DNA of 32,000 nucleotides from Vibrio mangrovi (GTDB lineage Bacteria; Pseudomonadota; Gammaproteobacteria; Enterobacterales; Vibrionaceae): NCBI RefSeq assembly GCF_024346955.1, contig NZ_AP024884.1, positions 610,230 to 642,229 of the forward strand, read 5' to 3'. Shown piece by piece: positions 18,176 to 26,915 of this stretch (position 1 is its first letter; each line of letters starts with the position of its first letter). The notes under the pieces were generated by a model. It saw only the letters and a program-made list of their open reading frames with translations, ran no database searches and was not told where the DNA came from. The position numbers and the translations under genes were made by a program.

Positions 18176-18493
18176 ATGCTTAACTGGTTTGTGAACCGTT
18201 GGAATGACCTGATAGATATTATTTTCAGTGTCTTCCTTGATGTCTGGAATTTTTTAGTCGATATCTTCTGTTTTCTCTTTGAAACCATTTTTAATGTGGT
18301 CATTTCTTTGGTCTCTGGCCTCGGTACAGCGTTGTCTTCTGTTTCCGTTCCCCAGTATTTGACTTTTCTTCCTGAGTCGATGCTGAACGTCATGTCTATT
18401 GTCGGAATTAACGAAGCATCTGTCATTATTGTGACCGCATTGATTATCCGGTTTACGTTACAGCTCATTCCTTTTATCCGGCTCGGCTCTTGA
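18176..18493 (+). CDS. pVI/Ace-like minor coat membrane protein, copy 1
   Basis: 105 aa from ATG 18176, with a GGAGG SD inside the end of the pIII gene. It has several hydrophobic segments and lies directly before zot. Confidence 0.6.
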   Translation: MLNWFVNRWNDLIDIIFSVFLDVWNFLVDIFCFLFETIFNVVISLVSGLGTALSSVSVPQYLTFLPESMLNVMSIVGINEASVIIVTALIIRFTLQLIPFIRLGS

Positions 18494-18501
18494 GGTGAAT
18501 T

Positions 18502-19626
18502 ATGGCTATTACCTTAGTTAAAGGAACTCCCGGTAGTGGTAAATCCTACGAAACTGTTGTCCATCATATTCTTCCTGTTCTGAAAGATGGCCGGAAGGTA
18601 GTGACGAATATCCCGTTGAATATTGAAAGTTTCTGTATGATTTTAGGGGAGTCGGTCAGAGAACTGATAGAAGTTCATCCTTTTGATTTCAGTGATAGCA
18701 CTCCGGCACTTGCTCATCCGGATGATTATATCCAGTACCAGGACTGGCGAAATGACAAGGGGCAGGGTGTCTTGTTTGTTCTTGATGAATGTCATTATCT
18801 GTTTCCCCTTCAGGGGCGCGGTAAAGTGATGACTGATCTCGCAGATGCCCAGGTTCGTTTTTTTTCGGGTCATCGTCATTATGGTTTTGATTTCATTTTT
18901 CTGACTCAGAGTGACCGGAAGATCAACAAACTTATTCGGGAAGATATCGAGATTTGTATTGAAGTCAGGAAAGTTAGAGCTGTAGGAGAAAAATCTTATC
19001 GTCGCTCTGTCTACTACTATGGTGATTCCAAGAAAAATGGGCTGATTGATCAGGGACTGCGGAAATATGAAGATCAATATTTTGTACTGTATAAATCTCA
19101 TACAAAGACAGAACAGGTGGTTCAGGAAGCTGGGATTAAAGATGTGAAAAAATGGCATCAAAGCTGGTTCATTCGGTTTGGTATCGCTTTGACTGCATTT
19201 GGTGTCTTTTATGTTGGTAAGACACTGACTGGAATGTTTTCATCACATGATGTTCCTACTGTGGCTACCAGTGAAAAAGCGAAGGCTTCTCCCAGATTAA
19301 TATCCAGTCCTAAACCACAATTCACCGGCCTACCGTTTGGTGATTTTGATATTTATATTGAAGGACATTCCGAATACACCTACCGGGATAAAAAAGATGT
19401 CTTCCATATCAGGAAACAGGTTTACTTCTCTGCCCGTAACAAAGCTAACTTTGAGTTGAACCTTAGACTGGAAGACTTCTATCTTGCCGGATATCAGGTT
19501 TCAGTTTATGGCCCCTGTATGGTCAGGCTGACATACGGAGATTCAAGCAAGCTTGTTTACTGCCACGGTAAACAACCAAGACCGGAATCCTCTTCAGACC
19601 CGGTTCAGAATATAGCATCATTGTAG
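18502..19626 (+). CDS. zot: Zot/pI-family phage assembly ATPase, copy 1
   Basis: 374 aa. Walker A GTPGSGKSYE at the N-terminus, Walker B-like VLFVLDECH, and a central TM helix WFIRFGIALTAFGVFYVG followed by a periplasmic C-terminal part. This is the canonical Zot/gene I architecture. Confidence 0.9.
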   Translation: MAITLVKGTPGSGKSYETVVHHILPVLKDGRKVVTNIPLNIESFCMILGESVRELIEVHPFDFSDSTPALAHPDDYIQYQDWRNDKGQGVLFVLDECHYLFPLQGRGKVMTDLADAQVRFFSGHRHYGFDFIFLTQSDRKINKLIREDIEICIEVRKVRAVGEKSYRRSVYYYGDSKKNGLIDQGLRKYEDQYFVLYKSHTKTEQVVQEAGIKDVKKWHQSWFIRFGIALTAFGVFYVGKTLTGMFSSHDVPTVATSEKAKASPRLISSPKPQFTGLPFGDFDIYIEGHSEYTYRDKKDVFHIRKQVYFSARNKANFELNLRLEDFYLAGYQVSVYGPCMVRLTYGDSSKLVYCHGKQPRPESSSDPVQNIASL

Positions 19627-19631
19627 GCAAG

Positions 19632-19685
19632 ATGAATTCAGAAAAGGGGCCCCACGTCCCGTGGGGTTATTGTTTCTGAATTCAT
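19632..19685 (+). other. Compound hairpin after zot (terminator and/or packaging-signal/ori candidate), copy 1
   Basis: The 13-bp outer stem atgaattcagaaa / tttctgaattcat encloses an inner 7-bp stem ccccacg / cgtgggg with loop tcc. Confidence 0.5.
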
Positions 19686-19944
19686 TTGCCGTTCTATGGA
19701 AAAATGTCTGAAGAGAACTGAAGCTCGATTTTTACTGCTATATGCTTGCATGTAGAGTAAAAATGAGCAGACAAGCGTAGCGCGTCAGCCTGATGGACAA
19801 TGATGTTGCAGTACTGCAACTATCAAGCAGTTTGTCGTTCAACTTAGTTCTGTACATTAAGCATTATTTTGCATATAAAAGTTGCCTAAAAATTTATAGA
19901 ACTGAAATCACACTGATTTATTTCATTATCTAAAGAGGTTTTTT

Positions 19945-20298
19945 GTGAGTAACAGAGACAAGAAATTATTAAAACGTAAGAGGAAAGCTCAGAAAAACAA
20001 TAAAGCTAAAAATAAAAATGGTGGGCTATTTTTTACACCTAAAGGAATTCAGATAATGGAAACTCTTTCGTCTGTTGAAGACATGGATTGTTTCGATATA
20101 CCTGTTCCAGAAGTTGGCGCATACAAAGATGATTTGGATCACTACTTTCGAATTTTATCTGTATCCGAAAGAGATCCTGAGGGGAATTTTATCGTGAGTT
20201 ACTGCGATATTGTAGATGGTGTTGATATGCCTTCAGAAAATTTAAGTGCTAATGACTGGATAGAGCTTTCAGTGCTTTGTAGCCCAAAGTTATTGTAA
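19945..20298 (+). CDS. Hypothetical protein upstream of the bacteriocin gene (basic N-terminus, acidic body), copy 1
   Basis: GTG start with an AAAGAGG SD. The N-terminus KKLLKRKRKAQKNNKAKNKN is followed by an acidic region of about 80 aa. The alternative ATG at 20056 (METLSS...) has an AAAGGA SD. No family recognised. Confidence 0.5.
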   Translation: MSNRDKKLLKRKRKAQKNNKAKNKNGGLFFTPKGIQIMETLSSVEDMDCFDIPVPEVGAYKDDLDHYFRILSVSERDPEGNFIVSYCDIVDGVDMPSENLSANDWIELSVLCSPKLL

Positions 20299-20347
20299 AA
20301 AATAAAAATTATTTACTTAATTCTTAGTCAGTAGGCAGGTCTCATTT

Positions 20348-21643
20348 ATGTCATCGAAAGACGGTAAGATTGTTTGGTGGGTTAAAGCAACAAAGGTCGC
20401 AGCAGAACCTAAAATTATCCACTGGACACCTAAAACAATCCCGAATCCGGATAGCCCGGAACCCGCAGAGAAAGCCCAATCGCTCACGCTCAAAGAACGT
20501 CTTGAAAAACAGCGGCTGGAGAATATCAAGGCGAATGATAAAGCATTTGAAGAAGTGCAGCACAATCAGCAACTCAAACGCTTTGCTAAATCGCTATCAA
20601 TCCCTTCAGGTACTTGTGACATCGGTACACAACGAGAGCCGTTGTCTTCGATTGGTCAGTATGCCGCTTATACGGCATCGCTTAACAATGGTATAGCAGA
20701 AGCGGGCAGTGTATCCCGTGTTGCAGGCCAGGCGCTGGCTGAAATTGAAGGAATGGCTGTCCGGCTGATTGGTCTGGCTCCAGCCGCTGCGACTGTGGTG
20801 TTAGGTGTATTAATCCCCAATCAACTGGCAGACGGCACTTTGTATAAGGAATCAGAAATCCGACACAAATCAAAGGTGAAAACAAATATTCGTTTAGGGG
20901 CGGATGATAACGGCCAGCTCTATGGCTACCATGTCAACGGTACAGACATCCCAAGGCGTAGTGTTCGTCAGCAAGGTGATAAATTCGTTGTGGATTTAGA
21001 GCCGGGGATCACGATTGAGTGGGTGCCGGCTAGCGGAGATTTTGGCGGTAAACCGATCCTTGTTAATCCGATCCCGGACATGGAAAAGCTGGATGTCTGG
21101 GTGCATCCACAGGTCGATCAGGGTAAAGAGTTTGAAAAAACTTACATTACCCCGATTGAGGATACCGACCTAAAAGATTACATTCTGACATTCCCGGCAG
21201 ATACCGGACTACCTCCGTTATATGTGGTTTATAAAGAAAGCCCCCGGAATGAATCGGGTGTTGTGACCGGGAACGGTGAAGATGTAACTGGCTTATGGCT
21301 GGAAGCAGCCGGAAAAGAGTTAGGTTCTCCGGTGCCATCACAAATTGCGGATAATCTCAGAGGTCGAGAGTTCAGTAGTTTTGACAGCTTCCGGAAAGCG
21401 TTCTGGCTGGCTATAAGTGAAGATGAAAATCTAATGTCGCAGTTTAATCGAAATAACCAAAAGAAAATTAGAGCAGGAAAAGCGCCGTTTGCTCCACAGG
21501 ATCAGAAGTATGGTGAAACAATGAGATTTGAGATTCACCACATAGAAGAAATACAACATGGCGGTGCCGTCTATGATGTTGATAATATGAGAGTCGTTAC
21601 CCCTAAGAATCATAAGAGAATCCATTATGGAGATAAGCAATGA
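20348..21643 (+). CDS. S-type pyocin / colicin E-type HNH DNase bacteriocin, copy 1
   Basis: The C-terminal 130 aa align by eye with the colicin E9 DNase domain. [39 protein letters not shown] matches [72 protein letters not shown] matches [33 protein letters not shown] (HNH motif). The central [19 protein letters not shown] resembles the pyocin-S domain. Confidence 0.9.
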   Translation: [431 protein letters not shown]

Positions 21644-21897
21644 TGCAGTTTAAGAACAATCTCTCTGAGTATACGGAACAAGAATTTACTCAGTTTGTTG
21701 AACTTATTTGTGATAATGAATTGTCTGAATCGGAAGAAGATAAACTGGTTAGTCACTTTTCAAAGATAGTTGATCACCCAGATGGTACAGATTTAATCTT
21801 TTGGCCTAAGGATGGTCAGGATGATTCTCCAAAAGGCATTGTTGCTGAGGTTAAACGATGGCGAACGTCACAGGGTTTGCCATGCTTTAAGGACTGA
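21640..21897 (+). CDS. Colicin/pyocin DNase immunity protein (Im7/Im9 family), copy 1
   Basis: 85 aa, with an ATGA overlap with the bacteriocin stop. LSEYTEQEFTQFVELIC...EEDKLVSHFSKIVDHPDGTDLIFWPKDGQDDSPKGIVAEVKRWRTSQG parallels Im9 ISDYTEAEFLQLVTTIC...[48 protein letters not shown]. Confidence 0.9.
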   Translation: MMQFKNNLSEYTEQEFTQFVELICDNELSESEEDKLVSHFSKIVDHPDGTDLIFWPKDGQDDSPKGIVAEVKRWRTSQGLPCFKD

Positions 21898-21926
21898 TTC
21901 AGTCTTTTTAATAGCGGCTTATGGTT

Positions 21927-22244
21927 TCATTTTGATTGGTAAGCTTCTTTCATCTCTTTCATTACGAAGACAATTGCTGTGGCTTGTTTTTCATCGAATC
22001 CGGCATTGACTAGTCTGTTAATGTTGTGACGAATTTTTTCATATTCTATCTTTACTTCTTGATCTGACAGGGACTTTTCTTTTAATGCCTCTAACGGGGA
22101 TAGTTTTCTTAATGTCCAGGATCCGTCGTCGTTGTCTATCCATTGGATGACATCACTTTCTTCCCATTGTAATTCTTTTTGGATTTCATCAGGAATGAGG
22201 AAGTAGGACTCTCCATCTTCGTTTTTTTCTATTGTAACTTTCAT
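21927..22244 (-). CDS. AbrB/SpoVT/MazE-like small DNA-binding protein (copy 2)
   Basis: Identical translation to 13187-13504 (offset +8740). Confidence 0.55.
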   Translation of the reverse strand: MKVTIEKNEDGESYFLIPDEIQKELQWEESDVIQWIDNDDGSWTLRKLSPLEALKEKSLSDQEVKIEYEKIRHNINRLVNAGFDEKQATAIVFVMKEMKEAYQSK

Positions 22245-22256
22245 GATAGACCTTGG

Positions 22257-22802
22257 TTACTTGGATTGTTCTTTTGACTTAATGATTTTTATTGTCTGAA
22301 GAGCTTCGCTTCCACTTAAACCAAATTCGTTCATCAGGGTGAATGCCGCTTCTTTTTCACTTTCGGTATCGTTAACTATTTGTTCTACTTTTTTCACTAT
22401 TCTGTTGGTTTTTACAGCGTTTTCGCCAAACAGATCTCTTATTTTACCTTCTTCTTGTAGTGTTTCTTCGGCCTCTTGAGATATCTGTTTCATTCTACTC
22501 TTCATTAAGAGGGCTTCGGATAGTTTTACTAATATCTCTTTTTCTTCGTCTCCCATTTGTCCGATGCTTGACATTAAGTATTGCTCGGCTTTGTCCTGAC
22601 ATTCGTAAGGTTCAGAAATTAGTTCATTGACCGTAACACATAGATAGGATGCCAGTTGCTTTAATGTAGATACTTTGGGTTCACTTCGCCCTGTTTCGTA
22701 CTCAATGAGAGTTCTTTTCGATACCCTGATTGCTTTAGCGACATCTTCTTGTGTGAGTTCCATTTTTATTCGTGCTTGCTTGAGTTTTTCTGCAAATGAC
22801 AT
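22257..22802 (-). CDS. XRE-family phage repressor (copy 2)
   Basis: Identical to 13517-14062 (offset +8740). Confidence 0.8.
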   Translation of the reverse strand: MSFAEKLKQARIKMELTQEDVAKAIRVSKRTLIEYETGRSEPKVSTLKQLASYLCVTVNELISEPYECQDKAEQYLMSSIGQMGDEEKEILVKLSEALLMKSRMKQISQEAEETLQEEGKIRDLFGENAVKTNRIVKKVEQIVNDTESEKEAAFTLMNEFGLSGSEALQTIKIIKSKEQSK

Positions 22803-22925
22803 CTCATTTGTCCCTATAAAGACATTTATTCTCACATTATATATGCAGTTTTTATCACCACACCCTTGAGGTGATGAAAAGATTACTTTATCATTGAGGA
22901 AAAATGCACTTGACAGGTTTTTGGA
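22803..22925. promoter_or_regulatory. Divergent repressor/replication control region (copy 2)
   Basis: Identical to 14063-14185 (offset +8740). Confidence 0.4.
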
Positions 22926-24503
22926 ATGTACGATTTTTTGGAAATCACGGTACCATTCAAGAGTGAGTTTGTGACTCAATCTCTTGGCTGTGGCTATGTG
23001 AATTACGAAAAGTTGTCTTCTTTATCCGGCCTGAAAGTTGGGGCAGGTGATATTGAATTTGGAGTTACGGGAAATAAGGATCTCCGGGATCTTTATATCC
23101 CTTGGCAAAAAATTCCTTCAAGTTATACCGATATTGCCTGTAAAGTTTTTGATGCGAACCCTGCCTGTAATTGTGAATGGGGATATCTTCGTTTTAAAGC
23201 ATCGCCCGCCAAAATTATGCAGGGTCATAACGTTTATGGCTCTGACAATCTGCGTAATTGCGTTGAACATCTGATGTTTGCTTTTCTTAAAGCAACCCCG
23301 GACCTATTTGACTCACTTGAATGGGGATTAGCTGAACTTTCACGTATCGATGCTACTTATTCGATTCAGTTTGAGAGTCGGGATGTTTTGGCACAGGCGG
23401 TGAACGGTCTTCGAAACGTTTCCAATCGCTATCTTCGTCCATCGAACCGCTACATTAACAAAACTTTGGGTGATGACTGTGATGCCAGTGTCTACTGGAG
23501 CGCTGCAACGGGCGAAAATCCGGATACAGGACGGACTAAGACACTGCTGTTTTATGTTAAGGATGCAGAAATTAAGCATCAGTTAAGTCAGTTGCAATCT
23601 CGCGCAAAGAAAGAACGAACTCATCATTACGACCATATTATTGCTGAACTCTCATCTCACGAACTACAAGATTTTGTTGCTAATCGGGGACGTTTTGAAG
23701 GGCGGGGGAAGAAGCGTTATATCCAGCGTGTCTGCGGCTCTTCTAATGTTTGGGCGGTTATTCGTTATGCTGAACAGTTTGAACAAATTAATGGCTACTC
23801 ATTTTGTGAATACCTGTTTAAAGATCTTTTTGGGGATCTCTTTCTGGCTCTTGAGGGCAATGAGATAGAGGTATTTGACGATCACAAAGTAAAACATGCT
23901 TTATATGATATGTATCAGAGCATTACTCCAAAAGGCAACATTTCCTACGCAAAGGCAGATCGTATATTCAGATTTTATATGTCTCTCTGCGACCGTGGTT
24001 ACCACAACATCAAACGGCATACATCAAAGGCAACTCTATCGCGCAATATGAAAGAACTCTGCGCTATTGGCCTGTCCAAAGCCGATCTTCAGAACCTGCA
24101 TAACGGTGAGCGCATGAAGTTATCTAAAGTCATCCATTTTGATTTTGACAATCAAAGGCCGGCGAACTACGTCGAACCCAAATCACCATTTGCCGATGGT
24201 TCATCAAATTATCTTGCTGAAATATTTGGGGTCTCTTATCGCTTATCCCATGACATGGGACTTACGGATAATCCGTCCGACTTTCTTCATGACACACTCA
24301 GATTACCGGATGATTTCGATTTTGAACCACTCTTGGATCTTAATGAGATCCCTATCAGCCCACGTGAATCTATGACTCTCGTTATTTGGCCGGATGGCGA
24401 AATAGCACTGACACGACACAGGCAGAAGAAATTTAAGCCTAACATCATTACCGGCCTGATCAACCCAGAACCGTCTCGTTACTATCAGGCTTATCTACAT
24501 TGA
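22926..24503 (+). CDS. Filamentous-phage replication initiation protein (copy 2)
   Basis: Identical to 14186-15763 (offset +8740). Confidence 0.75.
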   Translation: MYDFLEITVPFKSEFVTQSLGCGYVNYEKLSSLSGLKVGAGDIEFGVTGNKDLRDLYIPWQKIPSSYTDIACKVFDANPACNCEWGYLRFKASPAKIMQGHNVYGSDNLRNCVEHLMFAFLKATPDLFDSLEWGLAELSRIDATYSIQFESRDVLAQAVNGLRNVSNRYLRPSNRYINKTLGDDCDASVYWSAATGENPDTGRTKTLLFYVKDAEIKHQLSQLQSRAKKERTHHYDHIIAELSSHELQDFVANRGRFEGRGKKRYIQRVCGSSNVWAVIRYAEQFEQINGYSFCEYLFKDLFGDLFLALEGNEIEVFDDHKVKHALYDMYQSITPKGNISYAKADRIFRFYMSLCDRGYHNIKRHTSKATLSRNMKELCAIGLSKADLQNLHNGERMKLSKVIHFDFDNQRPANYVEPKSPFADGSSNYLAEIFGVSYRLSHDMGLTDNPSDFLHDTLRLPDDFDFEPLLDLNEIPISPRESMTLVIWPDGEIALTRHRQKKFKPNIITGLINPEPSRYYQAYLH

Positions 24504-24513
24504 GGTGAATTAC

Positions 24514-24819
24514 ATGCAAGTCTTTTTCATTAGTGCAACACATCGCTTTGGTACATCGTTTAAAAAGAGCCCTCAGGGAGTTCAGTATGACATCTGCAAT
24601 CTGGCCTATGGCGATCCTGTCGAACCGGTAAGTCAACCGAATATGACCTTTTACGGTCATGGTGCTCAGGTCAGAGAAATTGGTCTGGCGAAAACGGCTA
24701 TGTCGAGTTTTGAGACAGTGAAAGTCGGACAGCTTATTGAACTCATTTTTACTCCGAATCCGGAAAATCCCCGGATGAATATTGTGTCCGGCTGGAAACC
24801 GGTGAAGCAGGAAGGTTAA
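24514..24819 (+). CDS. Putative ssDNA-binding protein (copy 2)
   Basis: Identical to 15774-16079 (offset +8740). Confidence 0.45.
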   Translation: MQVFFISATHRFGTSFKKSPQGVQYDICNLAYGDPVEPVSQPNMTFYGHGAQVREIGLAKTAMSSFETVKVGQLIELIFTPNPENPRMNIVSGWKPVKQEG

Positions 24820-24825
24820 TCCGGT

Positions 24826-25059
24826 ATGGCTTTATGTGTAGAGCAAGGAGAACAGGGATATTTGTACATCTCCGGCTCTGCCATCAACGAATGTTCATCG
24901 TTGGTTGTTTTGACCGTCGATGAATATAAAGCAAATACAGTTCAGCTAAATCCTTCAGAAATTTCTAGTCTGTTCTTCTTTGCTTTTGGTCTTGTCCTCG
25001 TCTCTTACAAAATATCCTGGGTCGTGGGCGTTATGAAAAATCTCATTGGTAAAATATAG
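24826..25059 (+). CDS. Small membrane protein, putative minor coat/morphogenesis (copy 2)
   Basis: Identical to 16086-16319 (offset +8740). Confidence 0.5.
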   Translation: MALCVEQGEQGYLYISGSAINECSSLVVLTVDEYKANTVQLNPSEISSLFFFAFGLVLVSYKISWVVGVMKNLIGKI

Positions 25060-25067
25060 GTGGATTT

Positions 25068-25298
25068 ATGTTCATTCAAAAAATTAAAACTTTCTTGATG
25101 GCTTCTTTTGCTATGGCCATTACCGCGCCTGCATTTGCGGAGGATCCTGCAACTTCAAATCCCGTTCAGCAATTGATGGACTCCATTGATATTTCAGGAG
25201 TCAGTGCGATCGTTGTTTCCTTTGGCGTGCTTATTCTTGGTGTGAAGTTTGGTGAGAAAGGGATCGTCTTTGCAAAACGTATGATTGGTAAAATCTGA
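25068..25298 (+). CDS. Major coat protein precursor (copy 2)
   Basis: Identical to 16328-16558 (offset +8740). Confidence 0.85.
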   Translation: MFIQKIKTFLMASFAMAITAPAFAEDPATSNPVQQLMDSIDISGVSAIVVSFGVLILGVKFGEKGIVFAKRMIGKI

Positions 25299-25393
25299 TG
25301 TATGTTGCGGTTGCCTCCATTCAGTTTTATTGCGTCATTCTGTTTCTGGGGGGACTTTGTGGAATTGCCTGCGTTATAGGCTTCAGGGGGTAA
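25298..25393 (+). CDS. Candidate 31-aa hydrophobic protein (copy 2)
   Basis: Identical to 16558-16653 (offset +8740). Confidence 0.35.
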   Translation: MYVAVASIQFYCVILFLGGLCGIACVIGFRG

Positions 25394-25407
25394 CATACCC
25401 CTTTTTT
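25387..25407 (+). terminator. Short terminator/attenuator after the coat gene (copy 2)
   Basis: Identical to 16647-16667 (offset +8740). Confidence 0.55.
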
Positions 25408-25432
25408 ACTTGTTAAACAGAGGACTAATTAC

Positions 25433-26911
25433 ATGATATTGAAAAAGTTCTTCGTTTACTTTTTTATATTGAATATAGTCATTCTCCCTTTGAAAAAGGC
25501 CAATGCGGTTGTTCCTTTAGTTGTGGGTATTGGATATGCGGTTGATGTAGCTGCTCCTATTGCGATTCGCTATCTTGCATCTGATATTGCTATTAGTGCC
25601 GTTGCCAAAGCTGTACAGGTTTCCAACGCTTACTATTCAGCGACAGCCACAGCTTCTAACGCAAAGTTTCTGAAATATTTTAAGGGGAAGGCTGCATTAG
25701 GAGTTGCTGCATTTGTTGGGGTTCTTGATGCACTTGGTTTATACCTGTCAAATGATAGCTTTTATTCCAAAGATGAGAGTTCTCAGGATCCCGGGGCAGC
25801 CCAACAAGGGTATTTCTGGAGCTCTCCGGATGGCCAACGTTCATCTGGTAGTGAAGTTGCTGATATTCGTATTTCAGACCTTAAAGAATCTCATCCAGAT
25901 AATAATTACATCTATAGAATAGAATCCAGTTCTGACAACTCTATTCGTTATTATTTCTATCGGGTTGATACTGATACTCAAGGGAATGTTTCTGAAATTT
26001 ATACCAGTGCCCGAACAGTATCTCGTCATGAATGTTCTTCGTCAAATGGGGTTGGTGTATCCAGTTGTTCTTCTGATTTTGATCCTAATTTTGGTTTAAA
26101 AGTCGAAGATTCTGATGTGCAGACTTCAGTTCTTGATTATTTATCTTCTCTTGATGAGTCTAAACAGTTGGAATTTTTTGCTGATCCTGATGGTGTTCTA
26201 GATTCAGCTTTGGTTGAAGATCTGACGGTTGACGATGCTCCTCCAATGCTTGATGGTGAGAGTCCTATTCCCAATATTGGCGATCAGTCATGGTCTGATG
26301 CCCATATGATTACAACGGGTGTCGCTCAGTCTTCAGATTCCTCTGCTGCAAATTATGTCCCTCAGGATGATTGGGATAATGCCTATTATCTGGCAAATAC
26401 TGTTGCTAATGGGAATGACTATATTACCGGATTGAATTCTGGTGCAGTTTCTATTCCTGATACAACAGGGACGACGCCTAATACCACAACTGGTGAGGGC
26501 AGTGTGAAAGTTGATCTTTCCAGTATTGAATCTCGTATTGATACAACGAATTCCCTGAATCAGTCCATTCTTGAGGAATTTCAGAAGATCAATTCAACAA
26601 CAACTCAGACTAAAAAGTCATTTGATGAGAGCAACCGTTATTCGTTCTGGACTCCTATTTATCCTAATGGATTTGAAGGTGTGTTGAATGCTTTCATTGA
26701 AAAAATGAAACAGACTGATGCTTATCAGTTTCTGAGTGGATTTACTTTGAATCTTTCATCTGGAGTCTATCCGGTGACTGAATTTTGCTTTACTGAACTT
26801 GGTTTTGGCTGCTTCGAGTTGAAGCTGGATGCGAATGTCTGGCTGGCAATTAAGTCGATGGTGATCCTTTTTTCTCTGGTAATGGCAAGACGTATTGTGT
26901 TTGGAGGTTAA
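25433..26911 (+). CDS. pIII/OrfU-like adsorption protein (copy 2)
   Basis: Identical to 16693-18171 (offset +8740). Confidence 0.75.
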   Translation: MILKKFFVYFFILNIVILPLKKANAVVPLVVGIGYAVDVAAPIAIRYLASDIAISAVAKAVQVSNAYYSATATASNAKFLKYFKGKAALGVAAFVGVLDALGLYLSNDSFYSKDESSQDPGAAQQGYFWSSPDGQRSSGSEVADIRISDLKESHPDNNYIYRIESSSDNSIRYYFYRVDTDTQGNVSEIYTSARTVSRHECSSSNGVGVSSCSSDFDPNFGLKVEDSDVQTSVLDYLSSLDESKQLEFFADPDGVLDSALVEDLTVDDAPPMLDGESPIPNIGDQSWSDAHMITTGVAQSSDSSAANYVPQDDWDNAYYLANTVANGNDYITGLNSGAVSIPDTTGTTPNTTTGEGSVKVDLSSIESRIDTTNSLNQSILEEFQKINSTTTQTKKSFDESNRYSFWTPIYPNGFEGVLNAFIEKMKQTDAYQFLSGFTLNLSSGVYPVTEFCFTELGFGCFELKLDANVWLAIKSMVILFSLVMARRIVFGG

Positions 26912-26915
26912 TCCT

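Noticed and set aside
18016-19161. Long antisense ORFs inside pIII/pVI/zot (150 aa and 172 aa; also at +8740).
   Set aside because: They lie entirely within well-supported sense genes, have low-complexity or odd composition, and show no SD. They are typical shadow ORFs.
20317-20696. Antisense ORFs (82 and 73 aa) and an alternative-frame 108-aa ORF over the 5' part of the bacteriocin gene.
   Set aside because: They overlap the bacteriocin frame, which runs continuously into the clearly recognisable DNase domain. Their composition is biased (Arg/Ser/Cys-rich) and they have no SD.
21880-21930. The tandem copies might have arisen from two successive Xer-mediated integrations at dif.
   Set aside because: The inter-copy joint has no XerC/XerD-like arms. 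It shares only a 3-nt T-run with the outer edges, so a hybrid att site between the copies is absent.
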